Shown piece by piece: positions 9,380 through 19,995 of a stretch of 64,000 nt of DNA. Positions within the stretch are counted from its first letter, which is position 1; every line of letters begins with the position of its first letter. Under the pieces are notes generated by a model that was given only the letters and a program-made list of their open reading frames with translations, was not told the DNA's origin and ran no database searches. Both the position numbers and the translations under genes were made by a program. The DNA comes from Deltaproteobacteria bacterium (GTDB taxonomy: Bacteria > Desulfobacterota_D > UBA1144 > Nemesobacterales > CSP1-2): assembly GCA_052390235.1 (NCBI GenBank), contig JBQTHB010000001.1:1-64000 (forward strand), written 5' to 3'.

Positions 9380-10839
9380 TCGGCCCTTAGGTGAGGGAAA
9401 AACAGCACTTCCCTTATTGAAAGAGAGTTTGTAAGCATCATCACGAGCCGGTCTATTCCAATTCCCGCCCCCGCCGCGGGGGGCATTGCGTGTTCGAGCG
9501 CGAGAATGAAATCCTCGTCCATTTCGTGGACTTCCTCTTCGCCCCTCGATTTAAGCTCCAGTTGTTTGAGGAATCTCTCCCGCTGATCCATCGGGTCGTT
9601 GAGTTCCGAGAAGGCGTTTGCCATCTCTCTGCCGGCGATGTAAAGCTCGAATCTATCGGCAATGTCGGGCGTTTCGTCATTCCTCCTAGCGAGCGGGGAA
9701 ACGTCCAGAGGGAATCCATAGACGAAAGCGGGGCTTTGGATGCCGAGGGTTACGGCGCGCTCAAATATCTCTAATATCGCCTTTCCGCGCACCCCTCTGT
9801 GGTCAATCCCCATGGAGCCTGCTTTGGCAAGCAGGCGCGAGTCGTCTGAGAAAATCCCATCGCCCAGAATCTCCCTGACCGACTCTACGACGTTTATCCT
9901 CTTCCAGGGGCGCGCCAGGTCAATATCCGAATCCCCGTAGCGAAATTGCAGGCCTCCTACCACGGCATGGGCGAGGGAGCAAATTAGCTCTTCAATCAGC
10001 TCCATCAGGTCTCCGTAAGTGGCGTAAGCCTCGTAAAATTCAACCATCGTAAATTCGGGGTTGTGCTGAGTGGATATTCCCTCGTTTCTAAACGTTCTGC
10101 CGATTTCATATACGCGCTCAAGCCCCCCGACGAGTAGTCGCTTTAGGTAGAGCTCCGGGGCGATTCTCAGATATAGCTCCATGTCGAGGGCGTTGTGGAA
10201 GGTCCTAAATGGTTTTGCCGCCGCCCCTCCGGCAATGGGATGGAGAATCGGTGTTTCGACCTCCAGATAACCCCTGTCGTCGAGAAAGCGTCTTATGTGC
10301 TTTATTATCTTCGTGCGCTTGAGGAAAATCTCCCGCGCTTCGGCGTTCGAGACGAGATCTAGGTAGCGCTGGCGGTACCTGGTTTCAACGTCCCTGAGCC
10401 CGTGCCATTTCTCAGGAAGGGGGTGCAGGCTCTTGGCGAGGAGTTTGAAATCCGATACGAGAACCGTAAGCTCCGCCGTTTTGGTCTTAAAAAGCGTCCC
10501 TGCAACTCCGACAATATCGCCGATGTCAATGAAATCCTTGAATGCCGCCTGCCGCTCGTCCCCAGCAACGTCGCGGCGGATGTAGGCTTGCATCTTTCCA
10601 GTTCTATCCATGATATGAAAAAACGCGCTCTTGCCAAAATCCCGAATCGCAGTAACGCGTCCGGCAAGGCTAAAGGGCTCGGGCAGGGTTTTTAGCTCCT
10701 CTTCGGACAGAAGCGAGTGGGCATCCAAAAGGGACTGAGCAGTGTGAAGGGGTTTAAAATCGTTGGGAAAGGGATTGACGCCCAGACCCCTTAGCTTGTC
10801 TATTTTGGCTTTTCTTTGCTCGAAGAGTTCATTTTCCAT
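9376..10839 (-). CDS. lysS: Lysine--tRNA ligase (class II)
   Basis: LPEKWHGL, RYRQRYLDL, YLRIAPELYLKRL, FRNEG, HNPEFTM, GIGIDRL. Confidence 0.97.
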   Translation of the reverse strand: MENELFEQRKAKIDKLRGLGVNPFPNDFKPLHTAQSLLDAHSLLSEEELKTLPEPFSLAGRVTAIRDFGKSAFFHIMDRTGKMQAYIRRDVAGDERQAAFKDFIDIGDIVGVAGTLFKTKTAELTVLVSDFKLLAKSLHPLPEKWHGLRDVETRYRQRYLDLVSNAEAREIFLKRTKIIKHIRRFLDDRGYLEVETPILHPIAGGAAAKPFRTFHNALDMELYLRIAPELYLKRLLVGGLERVYEIGRTFRNEGISTQHNPEFTMVEFYEAYATYGDLMELIEELICSLAHAVVGGLQFRYGDSDIDLARPWKRINVVESVREILGDGIFSDDSRLLAKAGSMGIDHRGVRGKAILEIFERAVTLGIQSPAFVYGFPLDVSPLARRNDETPDIADRFELYIAGREMANAFSELNDPMDQRERFLKQLELKSRGEEEVHEMDEDFILALEHAMPPAAGAGIGIDRLVMMLTNSLSIREVLFFPHLRAE

Positions 10840-10895
10840 TGAATTTATTTATATCGGGGAAGCTCGATAAACTCGAAGGGTGTTAGGCAAAATCG

Positions 10896-11303
10896 CTACG
10901 ACTTTTTATCATTTTTAAGAATTATATACGTTGAAATGGCTTTTGCAACAAGAATTTCCCCCGCGAAAACCTCCACGTCCACAGGCGAGATTGTCCGTCC
11001 GAGCTTAATCACACGCGCCCTCGCCTCGATAATTCCACCGGATACTGGCGCGAGATAGTTAATCTTCATCTCGACCGTAAGAAACCTCTTCTCATGCAGA
11101 TCCACGAGCGAGACCAAAGCCACGGCGGCGGCGGAATCGGCAAGGGTAAACAGCGCCCCTCCGTGAACGATGCCGTAGGGCTGAGTGATTTTTCTATCAA
11201 ACGGCATGGTGAGTGTCGCCCTGCCGTCGTTCATCTCGGTAACTTCTATCCCCAAAAGATCCCAAAACGGCGGATTGGGAAATGGCATATCGAGCTTAAC
11301 CAT
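10896..11303 (-). CDS. PaaI family (hotdog) thioesterase
   Basis: QPYGIVHGGALFTLADSA, TVEMKINYLAP. Confidence 0.9.
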   Translation of the reverse strand: MVKLDMPFPNPPFWDLLGIEVTEMNDGRATLTMPFDRKITQPYGIVHGGALFTLADSAAAVALVSLVDLHEKRFLTVEMKINYLAPVSGGIIEARARVIKLGRTISPVDVEVFAGEILVAKAISTYIILKNDKKS

Positions 11304-11369
11304 TGATTTTGCCTCCTTTAATATATGATGCGAAATTCGGGATGCGGCGGTAAGCGCGGAGTGGATAAC

Positions 11370-12563
11370 TCATCCCCCCGCCTTATACTTTTCGCTCCTG
11401 CCGAAGATGGCAAAGGCAAAAAATCCAATTAAACAGACCGCGCCCATCAGTTTATACATCGCGTAAAACCCCTCATGCTCCGCCACGAGTCCGTAAGCAA
11501 ATGAGCCTATCATACCCCCAAAAGTAAACGAAACGCTACAAACGGCAAAAGCCTTGCCCCTGTCCCGCACGGGGGAGAGGTCAATCACCAGCGCGTACAC
11601 CGAAGGGTACACAAACCCGTGGCTGAGACCGAAAATCACTCCCGATGCAATCAGATGCCATTCAGTCGAGGCAAAGCCTAGGGAAATCACGCTCAGAGAA
11701 AAGAACAGAAGCGCCGGAGCCGCCGCCGCCTTTTTGCCAAACCTGTCTGGAATCCAGCCGCCGAAAATCCTCACCGCCAATGCCGAGGCCGTGTAGGTGA
11801 GAAAAAACAGGTCAAAGGAGGCAATATTAAGCTCCTTAGCGAAAACCGGCATAAAAGTCAGAGCCGCAATAAACCCCGAGCCCGAGACCATGAGCGTAAA
11901 AGCCGCCGCAAATACCCCGGGACGAAAGAGGGTTGATAAGATTCCCCCCTCGCCATAGTTGCCCCTTGCCTCCGGGGGCTTCTCGCGTATAAACAAAGCG
12001 ACGAGAAAGGAAATGAAGCCGAATATAAATACGCAGAGGAAAAACGTATTGAAATCCCACGCCTCGATAATCCGCCTTCCGGCAAAGGGGGCGATGGCGT
12101 AGTTAATTATCGTAAAAACCCCGAAAAGTCCAAGCGCCTGGCTCCTCTTCTCAGGCGGAGCGGCATCGGCAGTGAGGGTTCCAGCAGAGATAAAACAGAG
12201 CGAAAACGCCGCCCCGTGAACGATTCTGAGCAGAGGGAACCAGAAATTGAGCGAATCCACAAACGCAAACGGGAGAGTGGTCAGGGACATCAGAAGTCCC
12301 CCGGCGGCAAGAAACGGCTTCCTCCCGAATCTGTCAACCAAAACCCCTACGGCGGGCGTGGTAAAAATCGTGCTAAAACCCGTCGCCCCCATAATAAAGC
12401 CGATGTCGGATTCCCCTCCTCCCAGCTCTTTTATCCTAAGGGGCAGGAGGAGAAACGAGTGAAAATTGAAGAAGAAAATAAAACCCGAAAGCGTAACTAA
12501 AATGAAATTCCGGTTCAGTATCGAGGGAGCGGGGGCGGCGGAGAGATTTCGAGATTGAGACAT
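11370..12563 (-). CDS. MFS transporter
   Basis: About 12 hydrophobic segments; motif A G.LVDRFGRK and GWIPDRFGKK. Confidence 0.9.
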   Translation of the reverse strand: MSQSRNLSAAPAPSILNRNFILVTLSGFIFFFNFHSFLLLPLRIKELGGGESDIGFIMGATGFSTIFTTPAVGVLVDRFGRKPFLAAGGLLMSLTTLPFAFVDSLNFWFPLLRIVHGAAFSLCFISAGTLTADAAPPEKRSQALGLFGVFTIINYAIAPFAGRRIIEAWDFNTFFLCVFIFGFISFLVALFIREKPPEARGNYGEGGILSTLFRPGVFAAAFTLMVSGSGFIAALTFMPVFAKELNIASFDLFFLTYTASALAVRIFGGWIPDRFGKKAAAAPALLFFSLSVISLGFASTEWHLIASGVIFGLSHGFVYPSVYALVIDLSPVRDRGKAFAVCSVSFTFGGMIGSFAYGLVAEHEGFYAMYKLMGAVCLIGFFAFAIFGRSEKYKAGG

Positions 12564-12689
12564 TAAGGTATATTGATATAAATTACAACCGAGCCTCGGT
12601 CAAGAACAGCAGGAGTGGGTGAGCAAACAAATTTGACAAATCCCCGAAAGTAAGGAATAAATAACGGGCTATAACTCGGAGGGGTCATC

Positions 12690-13004
12690 ATGCAAGCGGT
12701 AATAAGAACAGGCGGCAAGCAGTACACAGTAAAACCCGGCGATGTGATAAAAATTGAGAAGCTCCAAGGCGTATCGGGCGATGCGGTCGAGTTCGCCGAG
12801 GTGTTAATGGTGTCGGGCGAAGAGGTGGGAGTGAAAATCGGCTCCCCAGTGGTAGAAAACGCTACGGTCAAAGGGAAAATCCTAGGCAACCAGCGCGCCA
12901 AGAAAGTGATAATATTCAAATTCAGAAGAAGAAAAGGCTACAGAAGAAAGAACGGTCATCGCCAGACCTACACGCACGTTCAAATAACAGACATTTTAAG
13001 CTAA
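12690..13004 (+). CDS. rplU: 50S ribosomal protein L21
   Basis: [27 protein letters not shown]. Confidence 0.98.
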   Translation: MQAVIRTGGKQYTVKPGDVIKIEKLQGVSGDAVEFAEVLMVSGEEVGVKIGSPVVENATVKGKILGNQRAKKVIIFKFRRRKGYRRKNGHRQTYTHVQITDILS

Positions 13005-13019
13005 GAAAGCGAGGAAACT

Positions 13020-13280
13020 ATGGCTACTAAAAAAGGCGGCGGAAGCACAAGTAACGGCAGAGACAGCGTAGGCAGAAGGCTCGGAGTGAAAAAATTCGGC
13101 GGGCAGGCTGTCAGAGCCGGAAACATCCTCGTAAGACAGCGGGGAACGCAGTTCCACGCCGGCTCAAACGTCGGGTTAGGACGGGATTTCACCCTCTTCG
13201 CCCTCTCGGACGGCGTAGTAAAATTCGAGAGATACGACAGGGGAAGAAAGAAAGTAAGCGTCGTTTTGGCAGCGAGCTAA
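13020..13280 (+). CDS. rpmA: 50S ribosomal protein L27
   Basis: [33 protein letters not shown]. Confidence 0.98.
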   Translation: MATKKGGGSTSNGRDSVGRRLGVKKFGGQAVRAGNILVRQRGTQFHAGSNVGLGRDFTLFALSDGVVKFERYDRGRKKVSVVLAAS

Positions 13281-13495
13281 TCCCACACACACAGACGGGC
13301 AGATGCCCTGCCAAAAGCGGCAGTGTCAATGTATGGGCGTCTCTGCCTCGCCGCGCGTCGGACGCAAGCTCCGGCGATAATACATGGGCGTGAGCCTGCG
13401 CCCTGCACTCCGAAAGCAAAATCAATCCACCCGTTTTTTAATAATCCTAGCAAATGCAGTGAAAGCCCCTGCAACTTAGCATTGGGCTAATTTTT

Positions 13496-13524
13496 TTGAC
13501 TACACGGATTTTGCAAAGTATTAT
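13496..13524 (+). promoter_or_regulatory. Putative sigma70 promoter
   Basis: TTGACT-17 bp-TATTAT upstream of 13615 CDS. Confidence 0.55.
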
Positions 13525-13614
13525 GAAGCCCTCGGAAGACGGATGGGGGGAGAGACTATGGACGCTTCCGCGTTTCATTTCACCCAGGCGTAGGAGCAGG
13601 GATAAGGAGGCGAT

Positions 13615-14907
13615 ATGTCTTTGGGCAGAATTGATGGGTTTAACGTTAAGGACGCAATTTTAATAGCTCTTATATTTGTTTTTGTCTCTTCAGCCGTTTC
13701 AATTTTCAACTCGTTTTTCTACAAGTCCAGATTTATGGAATACAAGGCTCAGGAAATCGGGCTGACGTTTCAAGCAGACGGGGATTTCTCCAAAAACGCA
13801 AAGGAGCTTCTCTCTTCGAGAGGCGACATTATCTATATCAAGCTCCTCGGCTCGGACGGCGCGCTCAAAGAGAGCTTTGGAAACGGGGACGAGGCGCAAA
13901 CGAGCGAGTTTACCCTCTCCACTCAGGACGGCAATAGAGTGCTCGTTGGCATCCGAGAGCTGGAAAACGATGGCACGACCCTTGCCGCGCTCATATTTAG
14001 CATTCTCATCGGCGGGGTAAGCGGCGTGTGCTTAATAATGGTGCTTATCATGTCCTGCGACCAAAGCGCCTCCATGGAAAAACTCGTAGCCGCAATGAAG
14101 CGCGTCTCAAGAGGGGATACTTCGGCGAAACTCGAAGCCGAGGATTTTATGGGCGGCAACTCCTCTATGCTCAAAATATTCGAGAGCTTTAACGCGATGA
14201 TGGATCAGCTCAGAAAAAGGAGCGGTATTCAGACGATTGAGCCGGAACAGGACGCATTCTCCGAACCTGAACCCAAGGCGATTTTCGACGAGCGCGAAAT
14301 TATCGAAGATAAAATCGCAGGCTTCAGAGCTGAAAACTTCACCCCCGCCCCGGATGACAGAAACTCAAGGAGAACCGTCGCGCTGGTAGCCAAGATTGCC
14401 AATTTCGAGGAGCTTTCAGCTCAAATTGAACCCGCGAGACTCGCGTCCTTTCTCACCGAGTACAGAAAATCCGCTTCCGCCATAATTTCCGACTACGGCG
14501 GTTTTACTGAGACCCTGCTTCAGGATGAAATCGTCGCCCTCTTTAACGTTCCCGAAAAGCAGGATAAGCCTGAGCTTCGGGCAATCTGCGCATCGGTCGA
14601 GGTGCTTCAAGCGCTTTCTGAAATCAGCAAGAAAAGAGGCATAAGCCCCAAGCACGTCTTAGCCGCCAAAGTGGGGATTGACGCAAAGCCCCTTGCGGCG
14701 CAAAGCGAGTCGGCTATCCCAAGCGGGGTGGGAAGGGTCATTGGCGCGGCAAAATCAATATCCGAAGGCGCGTCGAACTGGGGCGTCGTCGTATCCCTCG
14801 ATGTCTATGCCGCCGCGAGCGCCTACGTTCAGGCGAAGCAACTCGAAAGGGACGGCGAAGCCCTATTCGCTATAGTAGGGGTAGAAGAAGGGGTTATAGA
14901 GGTCTAA
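13615..14907 (+). CDS. Membrane protein: two TM helices, HAMP domain, degenerate class III adenylate/guanylate cyclase domain
   Basis: Two TM segments; HAMP-like LVAAMKRVSRGD..FESFNAMMDQL; cyclase-fold pattern VAKIANFEELS..YGG...LQDEIVALFNVP..RAICAS..KVGI. Confidence 0.75.
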   Translation: MSLGRIDGFNVKDAILIALIFVFVSSAVSIFNSFFYKSRFMEYKAQEIGLTFQADGDFSKNAKELLSSRGDIIYIKLLGSDGALKESFGNGDEAQTSEFTLSTQDGNRVLVGIRELENDGTTLAALIFSILIGGVSGVCLIMVLIMSCDQSASMEKLVAAMKRVSRGDTSAKLEAEDFMGGNSSMLKIFESFNAMMDQLRKRSGIQTIEPEQDAFSEPEPKAIFDEREIIEDKIAGFRAENFTPAPDDRNSRRTVALVAKIANFEELSAQIEPARLASFLTEYRKSASAIISDYGGFTETLLQDEIVALFNVPEKQDKPELRAICASVEVLQALSEISKKRGISPKHVLAAKVGIDAKPLAAQSESAIPSGVGRVIGAAKSISEGASNWGVVVSLDVYAAASAYVQAKQLERDGEALFAIVGVEEGVIEV

Positions 14908-14913
14908 GGTTCC

Positions 14914-15972
14914 ATGAGCAAAGTGAATATTAAGAATCTAAGTCCGGGGGAGCTTCAGGGGTTCGTCGCAGAATTTGGCGAGAAGCCCTACCGCGCCGCT
15001 CAACTCGGCAAGTGGATTTACCAGAGGCGCGCCGCATCTTTTGACGAGATGACCGACGTTTCAAAGGGCTTTCGCCAGACCCTAAACGACTCCGCCGAGA
15101 TTTCGGCTCTCGCCCTCGCCCAGGAGCTTGTCTCCTCGGACGGGACGAAAAAATACCTATTCGAGCTTCGGGACGGCAACCGCATTGAAAGCGTCCTAAT
15201 TCCCGCCAATGACAGAAACACCCTCTGCGTCTCCTCGCAAGTTGGGTGCGCCATAGGATGCCGATTCTGCCTCACGGCAAGGGTGGGCAGGGTGAGAAAC
15301 CTAGAGGCGTCCGAGATAATCAATCAATTCATGCAGGTAAACGCCTGGAATTCGGACTGCATAACAAACATCGTCTTCATGGGTATGGGCGAGCCGCTGG
15401 ATAATTTGGACAATCTCGTCCGCGCTCTCGAAATCCTCACGAATCCGAATTTCATAGGGCTATCACCGAAGAAAATCACGGTTTCAACCTCCGGGCTTGC
15501 GCCGAAAATCGCGGAACTCGGACAGAGGATTTCGGTAAATCTCTCGGTGTCTCTCAACGCTCCTAACAACGCCCTGAGGAGCGAGATTATGCCGATAAAC
15601 CGCAAATATCCGATAAAAGCCCTGATAGATGAAGCCAGCCGATACCCCTCGCCTACGCGCAAACCCGTTACGTTTGAATACGTGCTTCTGGGGGGCGTGA
15701 ACGACGCCGACGGGGATTCAAGAGAGGTAGGAGAGCTTCTTAAGGGGATACACTGCAAGGTGAATTTGATACCGTTTAACGAAGCCCCGCCGCTTCCCTA
15801 TAAATCTCCGTCTGCGGAGAGGGTCTTTGCGTTCCAGAGGATTCTCGTCGCGGAGTTCGGGCTAAACGTGCGAATCCGAAAGAGCAGGGGGCGCGATATT
15901 CTAGGGGCGTGCGGACAACTTGCGGCGGCGTATCCGCTGAAGACCGGCAAATCCCCGGAAATTGCCGGATAA
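14914..15972 (+). CDS. rlmN: 23S rRNA/tRNA m2A methyltransferase RlmN
   Basis: CVSSQVGCAIGCRFC, MGMGEP, VNLIPFN, GRDILGACGQL. Confidence 0.96.
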   Translation: MSKVNIKNLSPGELQGFVAEFGEKPYRAAQLGKWIYQRRAASFDEMTDVSKGFRQTLNDSAEISALALAQELVSSDGTKKYLFELRDGNRIESVLIPANDRNTLCVSSQVGCAIGCRFCLTARVGRVRNLEASEIINQFMQVNAWNSDCITNIVFMGMGEPLDNLDNLVRALEILTNPNFIGLSPKKITVSTSGLAPKIAELGQRISVNLSVSLNAPNNALRSEIMPINRKYPIKALIDEASRYPSPTRKPVTFEYVLLGGVNDADGDSREVGELLKGIHCKVNLIPFNEAPPLPYKSPSAERVFAFQRILVAEFGLNVRIRKSRGRDILGACGQLAAAYPLKTGKSPEIAG

Positions 15973-16009
15973 CTACTCGGCTTTGATAATTGGGGGGCAA
16001 CCTAGAACA

Positions 16010-18649
16010 ATGACAGGCTCTGAAATCAGGCAGACGTTCCTCAAATATTTTGAGAGCAATGGGCATAGCCCCGTTAAAAGCTCTTCGCTCATCCCAAGAA
16101 ATGACCCGACGCTTCTGTTCACAAACGCCGGCATGGTGCAATTTAAAGACGTTTTTCTTGGACTAGATAACCGCCCCTACCGACGGGCGACAACCTGCCA
16201 GAAATGTGTCCGCGCCGGAGGCAAGCACAACGACTTAGAGAACGTCGGCTACACGGCGAGACACCACACGTTTTTCGAGATGCTTGGAAATTTCTCCTTC
16301 GGCGACTACTTCAAGCGGGACGCCATAAAATTCGGCTGGGAGCTAATGGCACAGGTCTATAAACTCCCGGTGGAGAGGCTCTGGGTTACTGTCTTCAGGG
16401 ACGACGACGAGGCTTATGAAATCTGGCGAAAAGAGATTGGAATCTCCCCTAGCCGGCTCGTGCGCATGGGGGAGAAGGACAATTTCTGGGCTATGGGCGA
16501 TACGGGACCCTGCGGACCCTGCTCCGAGATTCTGATAGACCAGGGCGAGAGTTTTAGCTGCGGCAGTCCCGGATGCGCCTTCGGGTGCGACTGCGACCGA
16601 TACCTAGAGCTTTGGAATCTCGTTTTTATGCAGTACGAGAGGGACGCATCAGGCACGCTGACCCCCCTTCCGCGTCCGAGCATTGACACAGGCATGGGAC
16701 TTGAGCGCGTAACGGCAGTACTTCAGGGGGCGAGGAGTAACTACGAAACCGACCTGCTCAGAGGGATAATTTCAAAGGTCGAGGAGATAGCCGCAAGACC
16801 CTACGGCGAGAGAGCCGATACGGATGTTTCCATGAGAGTCATCGCTGACCACGCCCGCGCCGTTACATTTCTCATCTCCGACGGCGTTATCCCCTCTAAC
16901 GACGGCAGGGGATACGTCCTGAGGCGGATTCTCCGACGCGCAGTGCGCCACGCCCGAATGCTCGGAATTAAAGATTCGTGCCTGCATAAGCTCGCCCCAA
17001 GGGTGAATGAGATAATGGGCGGAAACTATGCCGAGATTGGCGAGAGGCTCGAATTCGTCGCCGACGTTATCAGGAATGAAGAAGAGCGGTTCTTCGACAC
17101 CATTGACAGAGGGCTTGAGCTTCTGGGCGCGGAGATTCAAAAACACAGCGAGGAGAAAATCCTCCCCGGAGAGGTCGCCTTTAAGCTCTACGACACCTTC
17201 GGATTCCCCCTTGACCTCACACAGGACATCAGCCGCGAGAGGGGATTCGCCCTCGACTCCGCCGGATTTGAAGCCCAGATGGAGCGTCAGCAGGAGCGCT
17301 CGCGCCAGTCGTGGAAAGGAGCGGGAGACGACGCCCTCGCCCCCCTGCTTAGAGAATTCGCAGCGGGCGGGCTTGCGTCCCTTTTCACGGGCTATGGCAG
17401 AACAGAGGACGAGGGCAGAATCACGGCGATAATAAAGGGGGGAACTCTCTTGGACTCCGCCTCCGAGGGCGACCGCGTCGAGATAATATGCGACAGAACC
17501 CCTTTCTACGGAGAGTCCGGCGGACAGACCGGCGACAGAGGCGTAGTTGAGGCTGAATCCGGCAGCGCCGATGTGCTGGATACAAAAAAACCGCTTCAGA
17601 ACCTGATAGTTCACTACGCCCTCATCAAAAGCGGCTCGCTTTGGGTTGGCGATAAAGTGAATCTCAGAGTTGACCCACGCCTCAGGGGCGGGACGGAGAC
17701 CCATCACAGCGCGACCCACATCCTCCACGCCGTCCTCCGGGAAACCCTCGGCTCGCACGTGAGACAGGGAGGCTCGCTAGTTGCCCCAGAGAGGATGCGG
17801 TTTGATTTCAGCCACTTCGCCCCGATAGAAGATAATACCCTCCGGCGTATGGAAGAGGTGATAAATGAGCGCGTACGCCGAGACGACAGAGTTATCACAG
17901 CGGCGGACGTTCCCTATAACGACGCTGTAAAAAGCGGGGCGATGGCGATATTCGAGGAGAAATATGGGGATAAGGTCAGGGTGGTGAGCATCGGGGACTA
18001 TAGCCGCGAGCTTTGCGGCGGCACTCACATTGAATCTACCGGAGAGGCGGGGCTATTTAAAATCACGGCTGAAGGGGCTTCGGCGGCGGGGGTGAGACGG
18101 ATTGAGGCTGTAGCGGGCGAGGCGGCGTGGAGATTTATGCGGCGCCGCGAGGACATACTCGGCGAGGCGGCGGCATTTCTCCGTGCGCCAGAGTCGGAAC
18201 TCGTGTCGAGGCTCAAAAAACTCGCAGAAGAAAACGAGAGGCTCAGAGGGGAAATTGATAAATTCAAAGAGCAGGGGATTCGGGAGAGCGCGAAATCCAT
18301 CATGGACGGGGTCAAATCCGTAGGGGGCATGAACGTGCTTTCGGCGCAGATTCCGGGCGCAGGGGCAGATGAACTCAGGCGCGCGTGGGATAGCCTCAAA
18401 GCAGGGCTTTGTCCCGGGGTCGCCGCCCTAGGCGGCTCGAACGAGGGCAGAGCGTACCTGCTCGTGGGAGTAACAAAGGAGCTTGTCGGGAGATTTCACG
18501 CGGGCAATATCGTCAAAGAAATCGCGCCCATTATAGGCGGAGGCGGAGGGGGAAAGCCGGATTTGGCTCAAGCCGGAGGGGGAAAGCCTGAGAAATTAGC
18601 CGAAGCCGTGGATATGATTTTCGAGATAGTAAAACGGGCGGCGGCGTAG
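16010..18649 (+). CDS. alaS: Alanine--tRNA ligase
   Basis: FTNAGMVQFK, HHTFFEMLGNFSFGDYFK, HSATH, ELCGGTH, GGGGGKPDLAQAGG; start set at ATG 16010. Confidence 0.97.
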   Translation: MTGSEIRQTFLKYFESNGHSPVKSSSLIPRNDPTLLFTNAGMVQFKDVFLGLDNRPYRRATTCQKCVRAGGKHNDLENVGYTARHHTFFEMLGNFSFGDYFKRDAIKFGWELMAQVYKLPVERLWVTVFRDDDEAYEIWRKEIGISPSRLVRMGEKDNFWAMGDTGPCGPCSEILIDQGESFSCGSPGCAFGCDCDRYLELWNLVFMQYERDASGTLTPLPRPSIDTGMGLERVTAVLQGARSNYETDLLRGIISKVEEIAARPYGERADTDVSMRVIADHARAVTFLISDGVIPSNDGRGYVLRRILRRAVRHARMLGIKDSCLHKLAPRVNEIMGGNYAEIGERLEFVADVIRNEEERFFDTIDRGLELLGAEIQKHSEEKILPGEVAFKLYDTFGFPLDLTQDISRERGFALDSAGFEAQMERQQERSRQSWKGAGDDALAPLLREFAAGGLASLFTGYGRTEDEGRITAIIKGGTLLDSASEGDRVEIICDRTPFYGESGGQTGDRGVVEAESGSADVLDTKKPLQNLIVHYALIKSGSLWVGDKVNLRVDPRLRGGTETHHSATHILHAVLRETLGSHVRQGGSLVAPERMRFDFSHFAPIEDNTLRRMEEVINERVRRDDRVITAADVPYNDAVKSGAMAIFEEKYGDKVRVVSIGDYSRELCGGTHIESTGEAGLFKITAEGASAAGVRRIEAVAGEAAWRFMRRREDILGEAAAFLRAPESELVSRLKKLAEENERLRGEIDKFKEQGIRESAKSIMDGVKSVGGMNVLSAQIPGAGADELRRAWDSLKAGLCPGVAALGGSNEGRAYLLVGVTKELVGRFHAGNIVKEIAPIIGGGGGGKPDLAQAGGGKPEKLAEAVDMIFEIVKRAAA

Positions 18650-18683
18650 ATTGGGGGCTTTGCATACTGGCACACCGAGCGAA

Positions 18684-19574
18684 TCAATCCGGGTTGCTGG
18701 GGTCAATGTTGAAATCCGTCTCTAGGGTTGCGCGCAGTTTTTTGAGCGCCGCGCTCTCAATCTGCCTTACACGCTCTCTTGAGAGGTTAAATTTCGAGCC
18801 AAGCTCTTCTAAAGTCATCGGAGTGTCGCGCAGAATCCTGTTCTCGATGATGAACCTCTCGCGCTCTTTAAGGGATTTCAAAGCAACCTCAAGCCCGGAT
18901 TTCACCCTCTCGTCCTGCTCGGATTTGGTGATAATTTCCTCTTGGTTTGCCGCATCGTCGGCAAGAAAATCGAGATGAGTGTTCTCGCCCGCGCCGCTTA
19001 ATTCCGCGTTGAGCGATACGTCCTTGCCGCCCATTCTGATGTCCATCTCGATAACGTCTTTATCCGACACGTCAAGCTCGCCGGCTAGGTTCCCGTACCC
19101 TTCGGGGGTTATGAAGTCGTCGGTCATATCCATTTTATTCTTCGTCGAGCGGAGTTTGTAGAAGAGCTTTCTCTGCGCCTGAGTCGTGCCAATTTTGACG
19201 AGACTCCAGTTTCTAATGACGTAGTTTTGGATGTGCGCCCGTATCCACCACACGGCGTAGGAGATGAGGCGGTATCCTTTGGTGGGGTCGAATCTCTTGA
19301 CGGCATTCATGAGGCCGATGTTGCCCTCCTGGATTACGTCCATCGGATTTAGCCCGTAGCCCTTGTACTCATTTGCGATTTTCACGACGAATCTGAGATT
19401 GGAGGTGACGAGTTTCCTCGCCGCCGCAAGGTCTCCGTGTTTTTTGTAGCGCATTGCCAGGGCATACTCCTCCTCGCGGCTTAGGATGGGGTAGTTGCTT
19501 ATCTCAGCCAAGTACCGCTCCATCGAAGTCGAGGGAACGGGAAGGGATTTATTCAGCGGCTCTTGTTTATTCAT
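18684..19574 (-). CDS. rpoH: RNA polymerase sigma-32 factor
   Basis: Sigma70 regions 1.2-4 plus RpoH box WSLVKIGTTQAQRKLFYKLR. Confidence 0.93.
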   Translation of the reverse strand: MNKQEPLNKSLPVPSTSMERYLAEISNYPILSREEEYALAMRYKKHGDLAAARKLVTSNLRFVVKIANEYKGYGLNPMDVIQEGNIGLMNAVKRFDPTKGYRLISYAVWWIRAHIQNYVIRNWSLVKIGTTQAQRKLFYKLRSTKNKMDMTDDFITPEGYGNLAGELDVSDKDVIEMDIRMGGKDVSLNAELSGAGENTHLDFLADDAANQEEIITKSEQDERVKSGLEVALKSLKERERFIIENRILRDTPMTLEELGSKFNLSRERVRQIESAALKKLRATLETDFNIDPSNPD

Positions 19575-19798
19575 GCTTCAGGGTTTTGGGGCATAGCGCT
19601 GGGATAAATTATACTTATATTCGCGGCAATGGACAATTTCCGGGGAATCGCCATATTGCGAATTTATGATGCGATATTGAGCCTGCGAGATTCAAGATTG
19701 GACTCTCCCCCTCGATTGGCTCATCCCAAGGGCGGCAGATGATTAGATGTTGCCCATGGGAAGTAGCCGCGCAACTGAGGAGATTGAGGATTTATCCC

Positions 19799-19913
19799 CT
19801 TCGACGCAGTTCATAGTGAGCGGAGTCAAACCACGTAGTTTATTTTTTCTTTGCTACTCCGCCCAGGCTACAATATGAAATAGATTCCCGCTCTGAAGAC
19901 TGCGGGAGGGACA
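19799..19913. repeat. Degenerate copy of dispersed composite palindromic element (family A)
   Basis: CTTCGACGCAGTTCATAGTGAGCGGAGTC...GATTCCCGCTCTGAAGACTGCGGGA matches copies at 35189, 35414, 49630. Confidence 0.8.
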
Positions 19914-19995
19914 AGCTCACAGCTCAAAATTGCGCCCTGCATCGTCTGCATCGCAATTTGACGGCAGGGTAACCGCCACAGTACAATTACCGCCC

